A stretch of DNA of 32,580 nt from a virus (lineage: Duplodnaviria > Caudoviricetes): positions 1 through 32,580 of IMG/VR virus record IMGVR_UViG_3300024179_000009, one strand, 5' to 3'. Positions within the stretch are counted from its first letter, which is position 1, and each line of letters starts with the position of its first letter. The translations under genes were made by a program, and so were the position numbers. Below the pieces are notes generated by a model. It saw nothing but the letters and a program-made list of their open reading frames with translations. It was not told the DNA's origin and made no database searches. Of this stretch, positions 7,617 through 16,756 are shown piece by piece.

Positions 7617-8245
7617 CAATTCATCGTCCATGTTCCGTTATACGAGCCGACAAGGTAATGCGTCGTATCGCGCCCCACGAGACACAATTTATCCCCAGCC
7701 GCCCCAGCGGAAACCGCGGTTCCGGTTGTCGCTGTGCCGTAGGATGCGAACGTGGTTTTCTCGAACTGCACGCTTGAACCGGGATTATTGAACGTGATTA
7801 CGGTTGCAACATTGTTGTCGTTGCGCACGCAGAACTCATCGCCGGCCGCCGGGACAGGGAGCGTGATCGTGCATGTGCCGGTGCAGACAAAATAGCCGCG
7901 TGGGGCCGAGAGCGAGACCGATGTACCCGTCGTCAGCGGCGTTACCTTTGCGGGGCAGGTTGTGGCCTGGCTGCCCGAGCCCGGCCCGGCCGTGCAATCT
8001 CCCGTTAGCTGGGTGATCCCGCCGGCACCGGCAACTGCCGTGAAAACCCCACCTGACGCGGTGATGGTCGTGCCATCGACCTTGGCAACGCCAAACACGC
8101 TGGACGAGGCTTGCGGGATCGTGACCGTCGAGCCGGTGACGCTGAATATGGTCGAGAAGGTGATCGGCCCCTTGATCGTCGTGTTCGCCAGGACCGGCGT
8201 CGCAACCAACAGGAGGGCAGCGAGGATGTTGAATAGGCGTTTCAT
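7616..8245 (-). CDS. Signal-peptide tail-fibre-like protein
   Basis: MKRLFNILAALLLVATPVLA/N signal; FGVAKVDGTTIT and ITQLTGD fibre motifs; TITLPxPAAGxxFxVxN C-terminal knob; 6 Cys in the mature part; TGATG coupling. Confidence 0.75.
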   Translation of the reverse strand: MKRLFNILAALLLVATPVLANTTIKGPITFSTIFSVTGSTVTIPQASSSVFGVAKVDGTTITASGGVFTAVAGAGGITQLTGDCTAGPGSGSQATTCPAKVTPLTTGTSVSLSAPRGYFVCTGTCTITLPVPAAGDEFCVRNDNNVATVITFNNPGSSVQFEKTTFASYGTATTGTAVSAGAAGDKLCLVGRDTTHYLVGSYNGTWTMN

Positions 8246-8877
8246 CAGTACCTCGGATACCAGCTGGTATTGGAAAGCCGCGCCTGCCAACTGACGCCAC
8301 CGTTGGCCGCGAGCACGAAGGGACCGCCCGAGGTGCCGATCATGCTGTCGGTCCCGGCCCCCGCCGCGTCGAATGCCGTGATGTCCTGAGTCGTCGAGGC
8401 CTCAAAAATCTGCGAGTCGGAAACAATCGGCGGCAGCACCACATGGAGAACGGCAAGCGCCCCTGCCGGATTGATCCTAAACGCGCCCTGCCCCGAGGCC
8501 GCGGTGATCGTCGCGCCCGTCGTCGGAACCGAGTATGTCACAAAGCCGAAGCTGTCGGCAGGGGTGAGCAGCCGGAAGGTCGGCAACGCCGCACCGCCGG
8601 ATACAGGGCCGGCCAGAACGGTGTTGGCAAGCTGCGTGTTGAGGACCGGGAACAGCGTCCCGGTCGTCGTGACCGGAGCTCCGGGGACGTTGCTGAACAC
8701 CACGCCGTCACCCGCGAAGCTGACGCTGGTGACGCTGCCCACCCCGGAGAAATCGGTTGGGGCGATCTTGAACGTGACGCCGCCGCGGACGACAAGAATG
8801 TCGTCGGTCGGCTGGAACGGCAGCGGCAGGACCGGGCTGCTGTCAGCAAAGATCGTATAGAGTTCGCCGTCAGCCAT
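8245..8877 (-). CDS. Tail fibre / fibre adaptor protein
   Basis: GSVTSV...GAPVTTTGTL...ANTVLAGPVSGGAALPTFR segment, recurrent in phage fibres; follows the nozzle gene; no signal peptide and no Cys. Confidence 0.7.
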   Translation of the reverse strand: MADGELYTIFADSSPVLPLPFQPTDDILVVRGGVTFKIAPTDFSGVGSVTSVSFAGDGVVFSNVPGAPVTTTGTLFPVLNTQLANTVLAGPVSGGAALPTFRLLTPADSFGFVTYSVPTTGATITAASGQGAFRINPAGALAVLHVVLPPIVSDSQIFEASTTQDITAFDAAGAGTDSMIGTSGGPFVLAANGGVSWQARLSNTSWYPRY

Positions 8878-8880
8878 GCT

Positions 8881-11595
8881 TCACCCCGGGAGCAGCGGCG
8901 TGCCATCGTCCGCTAGGAGGATCGGAAACGGCACCCGCGACGACAGGAGGAAGAAGTCATCCCCCTCATCGAGGTTATAGCCCAAAATCTGGTAGCGCAT
9001 GTAGAGATTGCCGAGGCGCACGTCGGAACCCGAGAGCCCGGTCATTCTCACCGACATCTGCTTGAAGATGAGGGGCCGGGTCCACTCGATCAGCCGCTGC
9101 GTCAAATTCGTGTTGCTGGCGGCCGGCGTGAGGGTCGGCGGCATGTTGATGATCGCCCGCCTCTCGTTGAAGGCCGTCACCTGGATCGGATTGGTTATCG
9201 TCGCCGCGCACATCAGGTTGGACTCGACGACCGCATTCATCGACAATGCTTCGTTGTCGGGCAGCAGCACGGTCTCCGCGATCCACGACAGTTGCTGCCC
9301 ATTCTCGACAAAATCCGAGGGCGAGCCGCCGTTGTAATGCGGCCCGACGCTATTGCTGCGCCACATGCTCGCATTGACGGCGAGCGGGGCCATGACGAAG
9401 GTCGAGCGCCAATGCTGGATGAGCCGGGCCGGGAAGCTGTGCGGACCCGACCACGTTTTTCTCGAGAGATCGAACCAGAACTCCTGAAACGGCTCGCCCG
9501 GGTCGGAGCCATGCTGCACGGTTATCCGCAGCACCGCGACATTGGCCTCGGCGCAGATGCGAGAGGGAAACTTGGCGTACTGGAAGGGGTGCGTCACACC
9601 CTGCCCGTCCACCCCGATAGGGTCCGTCACCGAGCCATCCGGGCGCACGAATCTCAAACCCTGCGGAGAGATGAAGGCGGTGCCAAGGCTGCACGGGATC
9701 ACCGAGAGCGGAGCCAGCGTACCGGTAGCGACCGGCAGGAGGTTCATCGCAAGGTTGTTGGTCGATGGATCTCCGGTGATCTGACGCATCTGCGCCTCGC
9801 CCTGAAAGGCGATGAGGCCCTCCACGATGCCGCCAACGAGGGGTGAGGACAGTTCGATGGGGGCGATCATCGTGACCGAGACCCCATCGTTGGTCGTCAG
9901 CGCCTGCACATTCGGCTGGTTCGAGCGCCGGCACGGAAACCCGCTGTCCGAGAACGGGATGCCATCGAGACCATCGGCGAACCACGCGCGCCCGTTCATC
10001 TCCGCGACGGCAAGGGGCGTCGAGGGCAGCGGGTTGCGGTCGCAATCCCCCGCACCCCATTGCGGCGCGGCCCGGGTGCCGCCGGCAATCGTCAGGCTGA
10101 CGCCGTTGGCCGTTGCGGACGCATTCTGCGAGAGCGTGATCGTCGCCCCGGTAAAGGTGAGGTCAACCGTCGCAGGAGCGACCTGCGATGCGGCCGAAAG
10201 CGTTATTAACGAAACCGTGTCGAAGGTGATGGAAACGCCTGTCGCCGTCGCCGTGGCGTCGTTGCTCATAACCACGGTCAAGCTGCGAAAGAACAGCTGA
10301 TCGGCGGCGACCGTGCCTGTCGTCGCGTTGTTGACGACGACGGTCACGGCTGAAAACGAAACCTGGATTCCGGTGGCACTTCCCGGCGCCCCTTGGTTGA
10401 TCGTGACCTGCGTCGGACTATCGACCGAGAGGACGATCCCAACTCCCGGAACGCCCAGATAATTGACGGCCATCCCGACCGCGACGCCCGCGGTCGAGGC
10501 GAGATTCGTGATGGTCTGCAAGCCAACGGTGATGTCGCCAAAGGTAAAAAGGCTGAACGGCGTCGCCGTGACGACCTTCGTGCCGGCGGCGATGAAGGCC
10601 CCCCCGGTGACGAACTGCCCGGCGGCAATCGTGCCGGACGCCTCGGAAACGATGATAGTCGTCGTCGTGTCGGTGGCGCCAACCGCCCCGAAATTGATGT
10701 CGACGATGCTCAGGATCGTTGTGTTGGCCGGGATGCCCGCACCCGTAATCAGGTCGCCGATGTGCGGGACACCGTTTGCCGGATCGAGATCGTCAAGCAC
10801 GTTGTTCGAGTGCGTGTCTCCGGTCGTCGTGAACGGCGTCTCGACAACGCTGGTCACGGTCGTCCCAGTCGGAACCCCGAATCCCGCTACCTCCTGTCCG
10901 ACAGAGATGCCGGCAGCCGAGGCCAGAGGCACAAAGCTGTTGCCGCTAAGGGTGCCATGCAGGACAACAACGACGGCGGCGGTCGCGATGACGCTGGTGT
11001 TGGCCGGGATGCCGCTGCCGGTAATCGCCATCCCCGACTGCACGCCGAGGATCGAGGGATTGCCGTCAATCAGCGTGTTGCTGTGCGTGTTGCCGAACGT
11101 CGTCTCGGTGAAACCGGAGACATCGAACCAGCCGAACTTGATCGCCCCGCCGGGGAAGCCCGGATGGCAGACGATGATGCGGCTCGCGACCTGCGCCATG
11201 ATCGGCGGCACCCAATCGCCCGAGGCCGCAGGCGATGTCGGCGTGTTGGCGTTAGTGATGCCCGAGACCGGCAGAAACACGTCGTTCGCCAGGTCGTAGC
11301 AGAACGGTTCATCTTTGCCGGGGTTGAGGGTCGAGGCGACCATGCCGTATTCGAGATCGCCGACCGTCAGCATCGCCGAGAGGACGCCCGCGCCGGTCGG
11401 CGCGTTCGATCCGGTGAAATCGGTCTTGATCTTGGCGGCCGGCCGCGGCACGTAGACCCCGGCGGTCGAGGGATCGGGGATCAGGTTTATCAGATCCGAC
11501 ATCGCGCCCGGGAACGAGTTGGTCCCGTCCGCTGCGTCAGTCAGCCCCTTGAAGACCCACTTGATCGGTGCGCTATTCGGGATCGAGGAGGGCAC
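8881..11595 (-). CDS. Tail nozzle / tubular protein B (P22 gp10- or T7 gp12-like position) with a large nested-repeat insertion
   Basis: 904 aa, follows the adaptor gene; N-terminal GLTD...LINLIPD...PRP pattern and beta-propeller-like C-terminal half; insertion at about 10081-11110. Confidence 0.7.
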   Translation of the reverse strand: MPSSIPNSAPIKWVFKGLTDAADGTNSFPGAMSDLINLIPDPSTAGVYVPRPAAKIKTDFTGSNAPTGAGVLSAMLTVGDLEYGMVASTLNPGKDEPFCYDLANDVFLPVSGITNANTPTSPAASGDWVPPIMAQVASRIIVCHPGFPGGAIKFGWFDVSGFTETTFGNTHSNTLIDGNPSILGVQSGMAITGSGIPANTSVIATAAVVVVLHGTLSGNSFVPLASAAGISVGQEVAGFGVPTGTTVTSVVETPFTTTGDTHSNNVLDDLDPANGVPHIGDLITGAGIPANTTILSIVDINFGAVGATDTTTTIIVSEASGTIAAGQFVTGGAFIAAGTKVVTATPFSLFTFGDITVGLQTITNLASTAGVAVGMAVNYLGVPGVGIVLSVDSPTQVTINQGAPGSATGIQVSFSAVTVVVNNATTGTVAADQLFFRSLTVVMSNDATATATGVSITFDTVSLITLSAASQVAPATVDLTFTGATITLSQNASATANGVSLTIAGGTRAAPQWGAGDCDRNPLPSTPLAVAEMNGRAWFADGLDGIPFSDSGFPCRRSNQPNVQALTTNDGVSVTMIAPIELSSPLVGGIVEGLIAFQGEAQMRQITGDPSTNNLAMNLLPVATGTLAPLSVIPCSLGTAFISPQGLRFVRPDGSVTDPIGVDGQGVTHPFQYAKFPSRICAEANVAVLRITVQHGSDPGEPFQEFWFDLSRKTWSGPHSFPARLIQHWRSTFVMAPLAVNASMWRSNSVGPHYNGGSPSDFVENGQQLSWIAETVLLPDNEALSMNAVVESNLMCAATITNPIQVTAFNERRAIINMPPTLTPAASNTNLTQRLIEWTRPLIFKQMSVRMTGLSGSDVRLGNLYMRYQILGYNLDEGDDFFLLSSRVPFPILLADDGTPLLPG

Positions 11596-11598
11596 AGA

Positions 11599-12549
11599 TC
11601 AGCACCCCCACCCCATCGTCTTCGTGTCCCTGAGCCCGCGCCCGCCGCCGCCGCCGCGGCCGTAATTCCGGCCATCGAGTTGCACCGCTTGGCTGCGGTT
11701 GGTCTTGTCGTCCGAAAGCCCGAGGTACTTGCCGAGCTTCTTGTCGGCGCTCGCCTCCATCGTGTCTTTGCGGCTGTCGCCGGTGATCGGCATCTGAAAC
11801 GAGGCCAGCTTCTCGATCAGGAACCCCTCGTTGGGAAACCACGGGATCACCCCGTCGTCGATGATCGGCGGCATCTTGCGCTGATAGCGCACCGTCACCG
11901 GGTAGGGGCCAAGCGGCGCCGGATAGACGTAGGCGAGCGGTGGATATCCGAAGAAAACGCTGGAATCCGGGTTGGTGATCGTCGCCGCCTGGGAGAGCGT
12001 GATGTTGAGTCCTGCGATCGTAATCGTCGTCCCCGGCACGATGCCCTCGCCCGCGATCGACATGCCGTTGAGGATGCCCGTCGCCAAGACAACCGTTCCC
12101 GCCGCGCTTCCCGCCGTCAGGTTTGCCGATGTCGAGATGACGATCTTCTGGACCGCCATATCGGTACACCAGAGATTCGGCGTCGATTGGCTCGGCAGCT
12201 TGGCATAGAGGTCAAATTCGGCGAGGTCGATCGGTGTCATAAAGATCGGCTGCGCCGCCGGCAGAGTCGGGGCCGGGTAGAGATACCAGGCCGAGCGGGT
12301 AACGCCGCGTGCCCCGGACGAACCCGAGGTTCTGAGGTAGTCGAGCGGCAGAGAGTAGGGACCGCTGCCGAACAGCGAGGTCAGTTGCGGGTTGAAGTTG
12401 AAATTGAACTGGCCGCGCGCAAGCGCGAGGTCATGCACCTCGCAGAGGTCGGACAGAATCGCGTTGAGCCCGTCGAGACCCTGCGGGGCCATGCCGCGGC
12501 CCTTGGCAATCTGGTTGGCCCGATCGATGATGGCCGCCGCGGTGAGCAC
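11599..12549 (-). CDS. Head-tail adaptor / tail tubular protein A-like
   Basis: N-terminal helices (AAAIIDRA...LDGLNAILSDL), YSLPLDYLR and YVYPAP...VTVRYQ motifs typical of podovirus adaptors; position before the nozzle gene. Confidence 0.7.
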   Translation of the reverse strand: MLTAAAIIDRANQIAKGRGMAPQGLDGLNAILSDLCEVHDLALARGQFNFNFNPQLTSLFGSGPYSLPLDYLRTSGSSGARGVTRSAWYLYPAPTLPAAQPIFMTPIDLAEFDLYAKLPSQSTPNLWCTDMAVQKIVISTSANLTAGSAAGTVVLATGILNGMSIAGEGIVPGTTITIAGLNITLSQAATITNPDSSVFFGYPPLAYVYPAPLGPYPVTVRYQRKMPPIIDDGVIPWFPNEGFLIEKLASFQMPITGDSRKDTMEASADKKLGKYLGLSDDKTNRSQAVQLDGRNYGRGGGGGRGLRDTKTMGWGC

Positions 12550-12552
12550 GGA

Positions 12553-13065
12553 TCATTCCGCCGCCATCTTCGATGGCTCATCGTCATCGAGGTCGAGCGG
12601 CTCCTCGCCGCGCAGGACTGCCTTCCAGAACGGGATACGCTCCTCGCAAAGAAGCATTATCGCCTCGGCTTCGGCAATGAGCCCTTCAGTCTGGGCGATG
12701 GTGGAAATTTCCTGCGGCGCAGCCTTCGTGGCATCCACTCCTCGCCTGCCCGAGCCAGGAAAATTCGCAATCTTGCTCTGGATGGTGTTATTCGTCGCGA
12801 CGATTTTGGCCTTGTTTTTGGCTATTTCCTTTCGTTTGGAAAGCACGGCCTGTTGGTCGTATCGCAACATCTCGAAGGCTTCCTGCCGTCGCACAGCAGA
12901 CGCGATGACATCGAGACGCTTGTTGAGCGCCTCCAGATCCTCATCGGCGTCGGCGACGGTGATGACACTCAAAGTCTTGCCCAGCGCACCTACTGGGCTC
13001 TCGAACTTGATCTGCATCCCCGGTATCTCGACCGGCCGCACCACCGTCTTGTCCTCGCCGCTCAT
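12553..13065 (-). CDS. Hypothetical coiled-coil protein
   Basis: ATG 13065 in an ATGA overlap with the upstream stop. Confidence 0.7.
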   Translation of the reverse strand: MSGEDKTVVRPVEIPGMQIKFESPVGALGKTLSVITVADADEDLEALNKRLDVIASAVRRQEAFEMLRYDQQAVLSKRKEIAKNKAKIVATNNTIQSKIANFPGSGRRGVDATKAAPQEISTIAQTEGLIAEAEAIMLLCEERIPFWKAVLRGEEPLDLDDDEPSKMAAE

Positions 13066-13772
13066 GCCGATATCCTGTTGTTGATAAAGCCGGTCGCCGT
13101 CTGGCGCAACCGCGACAGCCGCCCGCGCCCCTGGAAGTCGAGCTCGTTCTGATGGGCCAGCCACTCGATCGAGCGGTAACTCTCGTACTCGGCCAGGGTG
13201 CCGGTGACTTTCTGGCCGTGATAGAGGAGGCGCCCATCAATGCGCACGCCTTCGTCGATCAGCCTGCCCGAGTTGCCGGCCTCGGGCATGTTGACGACCC
13301 ACGAGACCTTGCGGTTAAGCCGCTCTCGCTGGGCGGCTGCGGCAAGTTGCTCGGCAGGGATGAGCCCGGCCACGGCCTGGGCATGGCGCTGCGCCCGCTG
13401 CGCGGCGGCCTTCTTCGCCGCGGCGTGCTTCGCTTCCGCGGCGCGCTTGGTCTCGACCTCGTAGATGATGCGCAACTCGGCGTCGGTCAGCACCGCCCGC
13501 GTCTCGGCATCCTGCGCCGCGAGGAACGCCTCGAACGGATCGGGGAGACCAGCAGCCGGCGGCTCGGAAATTCCAATTCCGTCGTCGGCTTCAACGATCG
13601 GCTCCGGTGCCTCGCCCTCACGCGGCACGGCCGGCATAAGGGTCGGCTCCGGTTCAGGCGCGGCAGCGGCCACAGCTCTCGCCTCGGCGGCCTCGAGCCG
13701 CTTCAGACGATGACGCTCCGTGGCCGCAAGCGAAGAAGCTCGGCGCTCCTCCTCGGTCCATTCTCTCGGCAT
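13062..13772 (-). CDS. Hypothetical protein of the head-completion region
   Basis: AAGGAG SD; 236 aa; lies in the operon. Confidence 0.75.
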   Translation of the reverse strand: MPREWTEEERRASSLAATERHRLKRLEAAEARAVAAAAPEPEPTLMPAVPREGEAPEPIVEADDGIGISEPPAAGLPDPFEAFLAAQDAETRAVLTDAELRIIYEVETKRAAEAKHAAAKKAAAQRAQRHAQAVAGLIPAEQLAAAAQRERLNRKVSWVVNMPEAGNSGRLIDEGVRIDGRLLYHGQKVTGTLAEYESYRSIEWLAHQNELDFQGRGRLSRLRQTATGFINNRISA

Positions 13773-13781
13773 GAAAACTCC

Positions 13782-14096
13782 TTACACCAAATGCCAGGGT
13801 CCGGCCGAAAGACCATAAGCAGTCACGAGAATGACCTGCCCGGAGACCGAATCCACCGCAACCGCATCGCCCGGCCGGAGCACAAGCGGGTCACTCCCCC
13901 GGTTCGGCACATAGAGAAGCCCTTCCTTGACGAAGGCGCCACTGCCGCCGATCTGCGCGACCGGGTGCCGGGGATTCACATCATTTTTGATGAGCGCGTT
14001 GATCGCCGCAACATCAGCCGTAGGCGTCGCCATACCGTTCCACACCAGCGCGGAAAGGCTGGTGTTGGCGTTGGTGCCGAGTGTTTGCAGGGCCAT
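13782..14096 (-). CDS. Small virion protein (possible capsid decoration)
   Basis: Start abuts the upstream stop; second gene after the capsid gene. Confidence 0.7.
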   Translation of the reverse strand: MALQTLGTNANTSLSALVWNGMATPTADVAAINALIKNDVNPRHPVAQIGGSGAFVKEGLLYVPNRGSDPLVLRPGDAVAVDSVSGQVILVTAYGLSAGPWHLV

Positions 14097-14417
14097 TTAC
14101 GGGCTCCCGGTCTGCCAGGCGTTGATCTGGGCGAGGATGTCCGCCGTGATGAGCGGCGTGCCGGTCGCCGCCGCGAAATCGCTGGCGATGGTCTGCAACG
14201 CCGTCAAAAGGTTCGCTTCGGTGATCGCGCCCGCCGTGCCCGGTACCATCGTCGCATCGTTCATGAACAGCATCTGCCCGTTGCCGAGCGAGCCGTTGCC
14301 CTGCGGCAGCGGGCCGACGCCGGGATTGTTGGCCTGCGGCTGCCCCATGAGGACGGTGCCGGTGCCGGCCCCGACCTGCATGATGCGAACCTCAACTTCG
14401 ATTCTGACTTGGCTCAT
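14097..14417 (-). CDS. Small virion protein (possible capsid decoration)
   Basis: AGGAGG SD before ATG 14417, immediately after the capsid gene. Confidence 0.75.
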   Translation of the reverse strand: MSQVRIEVEVRIMQVGAGTGTVLMGQPQANNPGVGPLPQGNGSLGNGQMLFMNDATMVPGTAGAITEANLLTALQTIASDFAAATGTPLITADILAQINAWQTGSP

Positions 14418-14428
14418 GTGACGGCCTC

Positions 14429-15781
14429 CTAATTGAACGTGCCGGAGTTGCTGGCCGAGCACTCGATGCGGGCCATCTTGCGCTGGTCGAGGATCGTCCA
14501 CCCCTCCATGAATTTGTACCCGATCACGCGGAGCTGATCGAGCTGGTCCGCCTTATCGGCCCCGCTCGGGCGCAGCCACTGGACGCCTTCCAGCTTGAGA
14601 CAGGCGAAGGCCTCGCGCCCGAAGATGTAGACGGGGTAGACGGTGACGCCACTGGTCGGCGCGGCCGGCGGGATCATCTGGGCGCCAAGGCCGGTGATCG
14701 TCACGACGGTCCCGGGCGGGATCTCGATCGCCTGGCCCGCGAATGAACCCGTGGTTGGGCCAGAGGTGGTGAGGCCCAATTGCGTGGGCAGGGCTGCCGA
14801 GCCGACGCCGACATAGACCGCGTAGGTGAAGCCTGTGGTCGAGGGCACCGTGACCTGGATGCCGCCGGTCGTGACCGAGATGTCGGCGGAGAGTTGCGAA
14901 ATCCGGCTCTCGTAGAATTTCGCATCGTCCCAGCCGGTGACGACGATGGTATAGGTGCCGGTGGTCAGGTTCCCGATGGCGTTCACTCCGGTCGGAGCAT
15001 CGGTGCCGAGCCAATTCGGGGCCATGTTGGTTTCGCAGAACGTGATCCCGCCCCAATAGCCCATCTGGTTGATGTAGAGGCGGTCGATGTCCGACCGGCT
15101 CCAGGCGTTGACGACGGTCGGATTGTTGCGCAGATCCTCCAGCGGGAAGATCGAAGCGACGGCGACATAGTGCTCGACGCCCTTGATCGTCTTCTCGGAA
15201 TTACGCGCAGTGTAGTCGATCGAGCGCTCGACGGTCTCGCCGGTCTGCCCGTTCCATTTCTGCGCGCCGAGGTTCGAGAGATTGGCGTAGGTCCGGTTGA
15301 CATCGGTCGGGTTGAGGATGTCGGTTGCCGCGAGGCTGGCGCGCGATCCCACCGCGTTTGCGTAGTTGATCTGCGTTCCGGCATTCATGTTGACGAAGCC
15401 GTTGCGCTCCTTCAGCTGCGCGAGCTGCATCCCGAGCTGCTTCCCGGCCGCGCGCATCAGATCCTGTTGGGTCGTGATCGTCGCGACATCGGTACCAACC
15501 CAGCGCCCCGCCCACTGAACGGCGGTGCCGGTGACTTGGGTGAAATCGAGGCTGTTCGGATTGGGCGGCACACCTTCCGCGGTCGGGAACCGCGGCAGGT
15601 TCATGTAGTTCCAGCGGAACGCCTCCCACTGGACGCCGCGACCGTGCGGGATCGTCTTCTTGTCGGAGAACTGATAGAGGACGAGATACCGCTGGGTCTG
15701 CTCCATCGCCTCTCGGGCGATGAACCGGGTCGTAATGCCGGCATACTGATTGCTTTGATTTGGGGTCGAACCTTGGGCCAT
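14429..15781 (-). CDS. Major capsid protein (HK97 fold, N4-gp56-like family) with an inserted beta-domain
   Basis: GGGAGG SD; follows the scaffold gene; QFSDKKTIPHGRG...EGVPP...QWAG, and C-terminal GADKADQLDQLRVIGYKF...ILDQ..MARIE pattern. Confidence 0.88.
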   Translation of the reverse strand: MAQGSTPNQSNQYAGITTRFIAREAMEQTQRYLVLYQFSDKKTIPHGRGVQWEAFRWNYMNLPRFPTAEGVPPNPNSLDFTQVTGTAVQWAGRWVGTDVATITTQQDLMRAAGKQLGMQLAQLKERNGFVNMNAGTQINYANAVGSRASLAATDILNPTDVNRTYANLSNLGAQKWNGQTGETVERSIDYTARNSEKTIKGVEHYVAVASIFPLEDLRNNPTVVNAWSRSDIDRLYINQMGYWGGITFCETNMAPNWLGTDAPTGVNAIGNLTTGTYTIVVTGWDDAKFYESRISQLSADISVTTGGIQVTVPSTTGFTYAVYVGVGSAALPTQLGLTTSGPTTGSFAGQAIEIPPGTVVTITGLGAQMIPPAAPTSGVTVYPVYIFGREAFACLKLEGVQWLRPSGADKADQLDQLRVIGYKFMEGWTILDQRKMARIECSASNSGTFN

Positions 15782-15821
15782 GCCTCACGCCTCCCTTATG
15801 CGGGGGCGCGGCGGCCTCCCG

Positions 15822-16664
15822 CTACAAATCCCAGAGATTGAGTCCTCGGGCCGCAGCATCGGCGAGCGCCGCCTCATCGGCCTCTCGACTGCCGGGCGCG
15901 GGCCTGCGCCCTCCCGGCGATACGTTGGAACGAGCCCCGGTCGGCTGCGTCCGCTGCTGAGCAATGCGCGCGGCGGCCCCGTTACGCTGAGCCGGCACCG
16001 CCCGCGCAGAACGCTCCAACACGTCATTGCCAACGAGAAATTTGAGGATGACTTCACGATCCGGGTTGCGGCCAGCCGCACGCTCAGACGCCAAGGTCTG
16101 CTCGACCTGGGAGCGATATTGCTGGTGAACCCTCGATGTACGCGCCGCGATGTCATACGACTGTTTGTCCGCCCTGTCGTTCGACCTGAACTCGATCTGC
16201 TGTAGCGCCGTTCCTACGTTCTGCCGTTCCCGCGCGACGATTGCCTGATACGCCTGTGCCGGAGGCATCAACTCCAACGACGCATAGAACTCTTGCTCTG
16301 CCCTCGCTTGCGCCTGGGGGTCGACCTGTCGCGCCTGCATTCCCTGTTGGAAGCCGCGCGCCTCGGCCAACTCCCGCTCCAGGCGGGCCGCCCTTTCCTC
16401 CGCCTCCTGCCTTGCCCGTCGCTGGGCTCTGATGGTTTCGGAACCACCGCCCGAGCGCCTGGGAGCCGGAGGCTCGTCGGCTACTTCATCTTCTTGTCTC
16501 TCTTCCGCCTCATCGGGTTCTGGCTCGACATCATCGAGCCCTTCCCCACCGGCACCATCGGCTTGCCCTTGGGCGTCTTCATCTTCGGTGGCATCTTCCG
16601 GGCCAAGGACTTCCTCCTCGGGTACGTCAACAGGATCGGCGACCTCGCCGCGTGTGCGTGCCAT
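15822..16664 (-). CDS. Capsid scaffolding protein
   Basis: Very acidic disordered N-terminus then coiled coil; lies between portal and capsid; GAGGAG SD. Confidence 0.75.
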   Translation of the reverse strand: MARTRGEVADPVDVPEEEVLGPEDATEDEDAQGQADGAGGEGLDDVEPEPDEAEERQEDEVADEPPAPRRSGGGSETIRAQRRARQEAEERAARLERELAEARGFQQGMQARQVDPQAQARAEQEFYASLELMPPAQAYQAIVARERQNVGTALQQIEFRSNDRADKQSYDIAARTSRVHQQYRSQVEQTLASERAAGRNPDREVILKFLVGNDVLERSARAVPAQRNGAAARIAQQRTQPTGARSNVSPGGRRPAPGSREADEAALADAAARGLNLWDL

Positions 16665-16726
16665 TCTCTCTCCTCGGGGTGCGTTCCCCCGCTCGTTGCG
16701 GACTGCGATCGCCCGCTCGTGTATTG

Positions 16727-16756
16727 GCTATACGCACAACCCATAGTGTGCGTCAA
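16727..16756 (-). promoter_or_regulatory. Putative promoter for the scaffold-capsid genes with a dyad in the spacer
   Basis: TTGACG-N18-TATAGC on the minus strand; ACGCACA-N8-TGTGCGT inverted repeat at 16732-16753. Confidence 0.45.

Noticed and set aside
10393-13152. 919-aa plus-strand ORF
   Set aside because: Antisense shadow of GC-rich structural genes; Arg/Gly-rich with no motifs.
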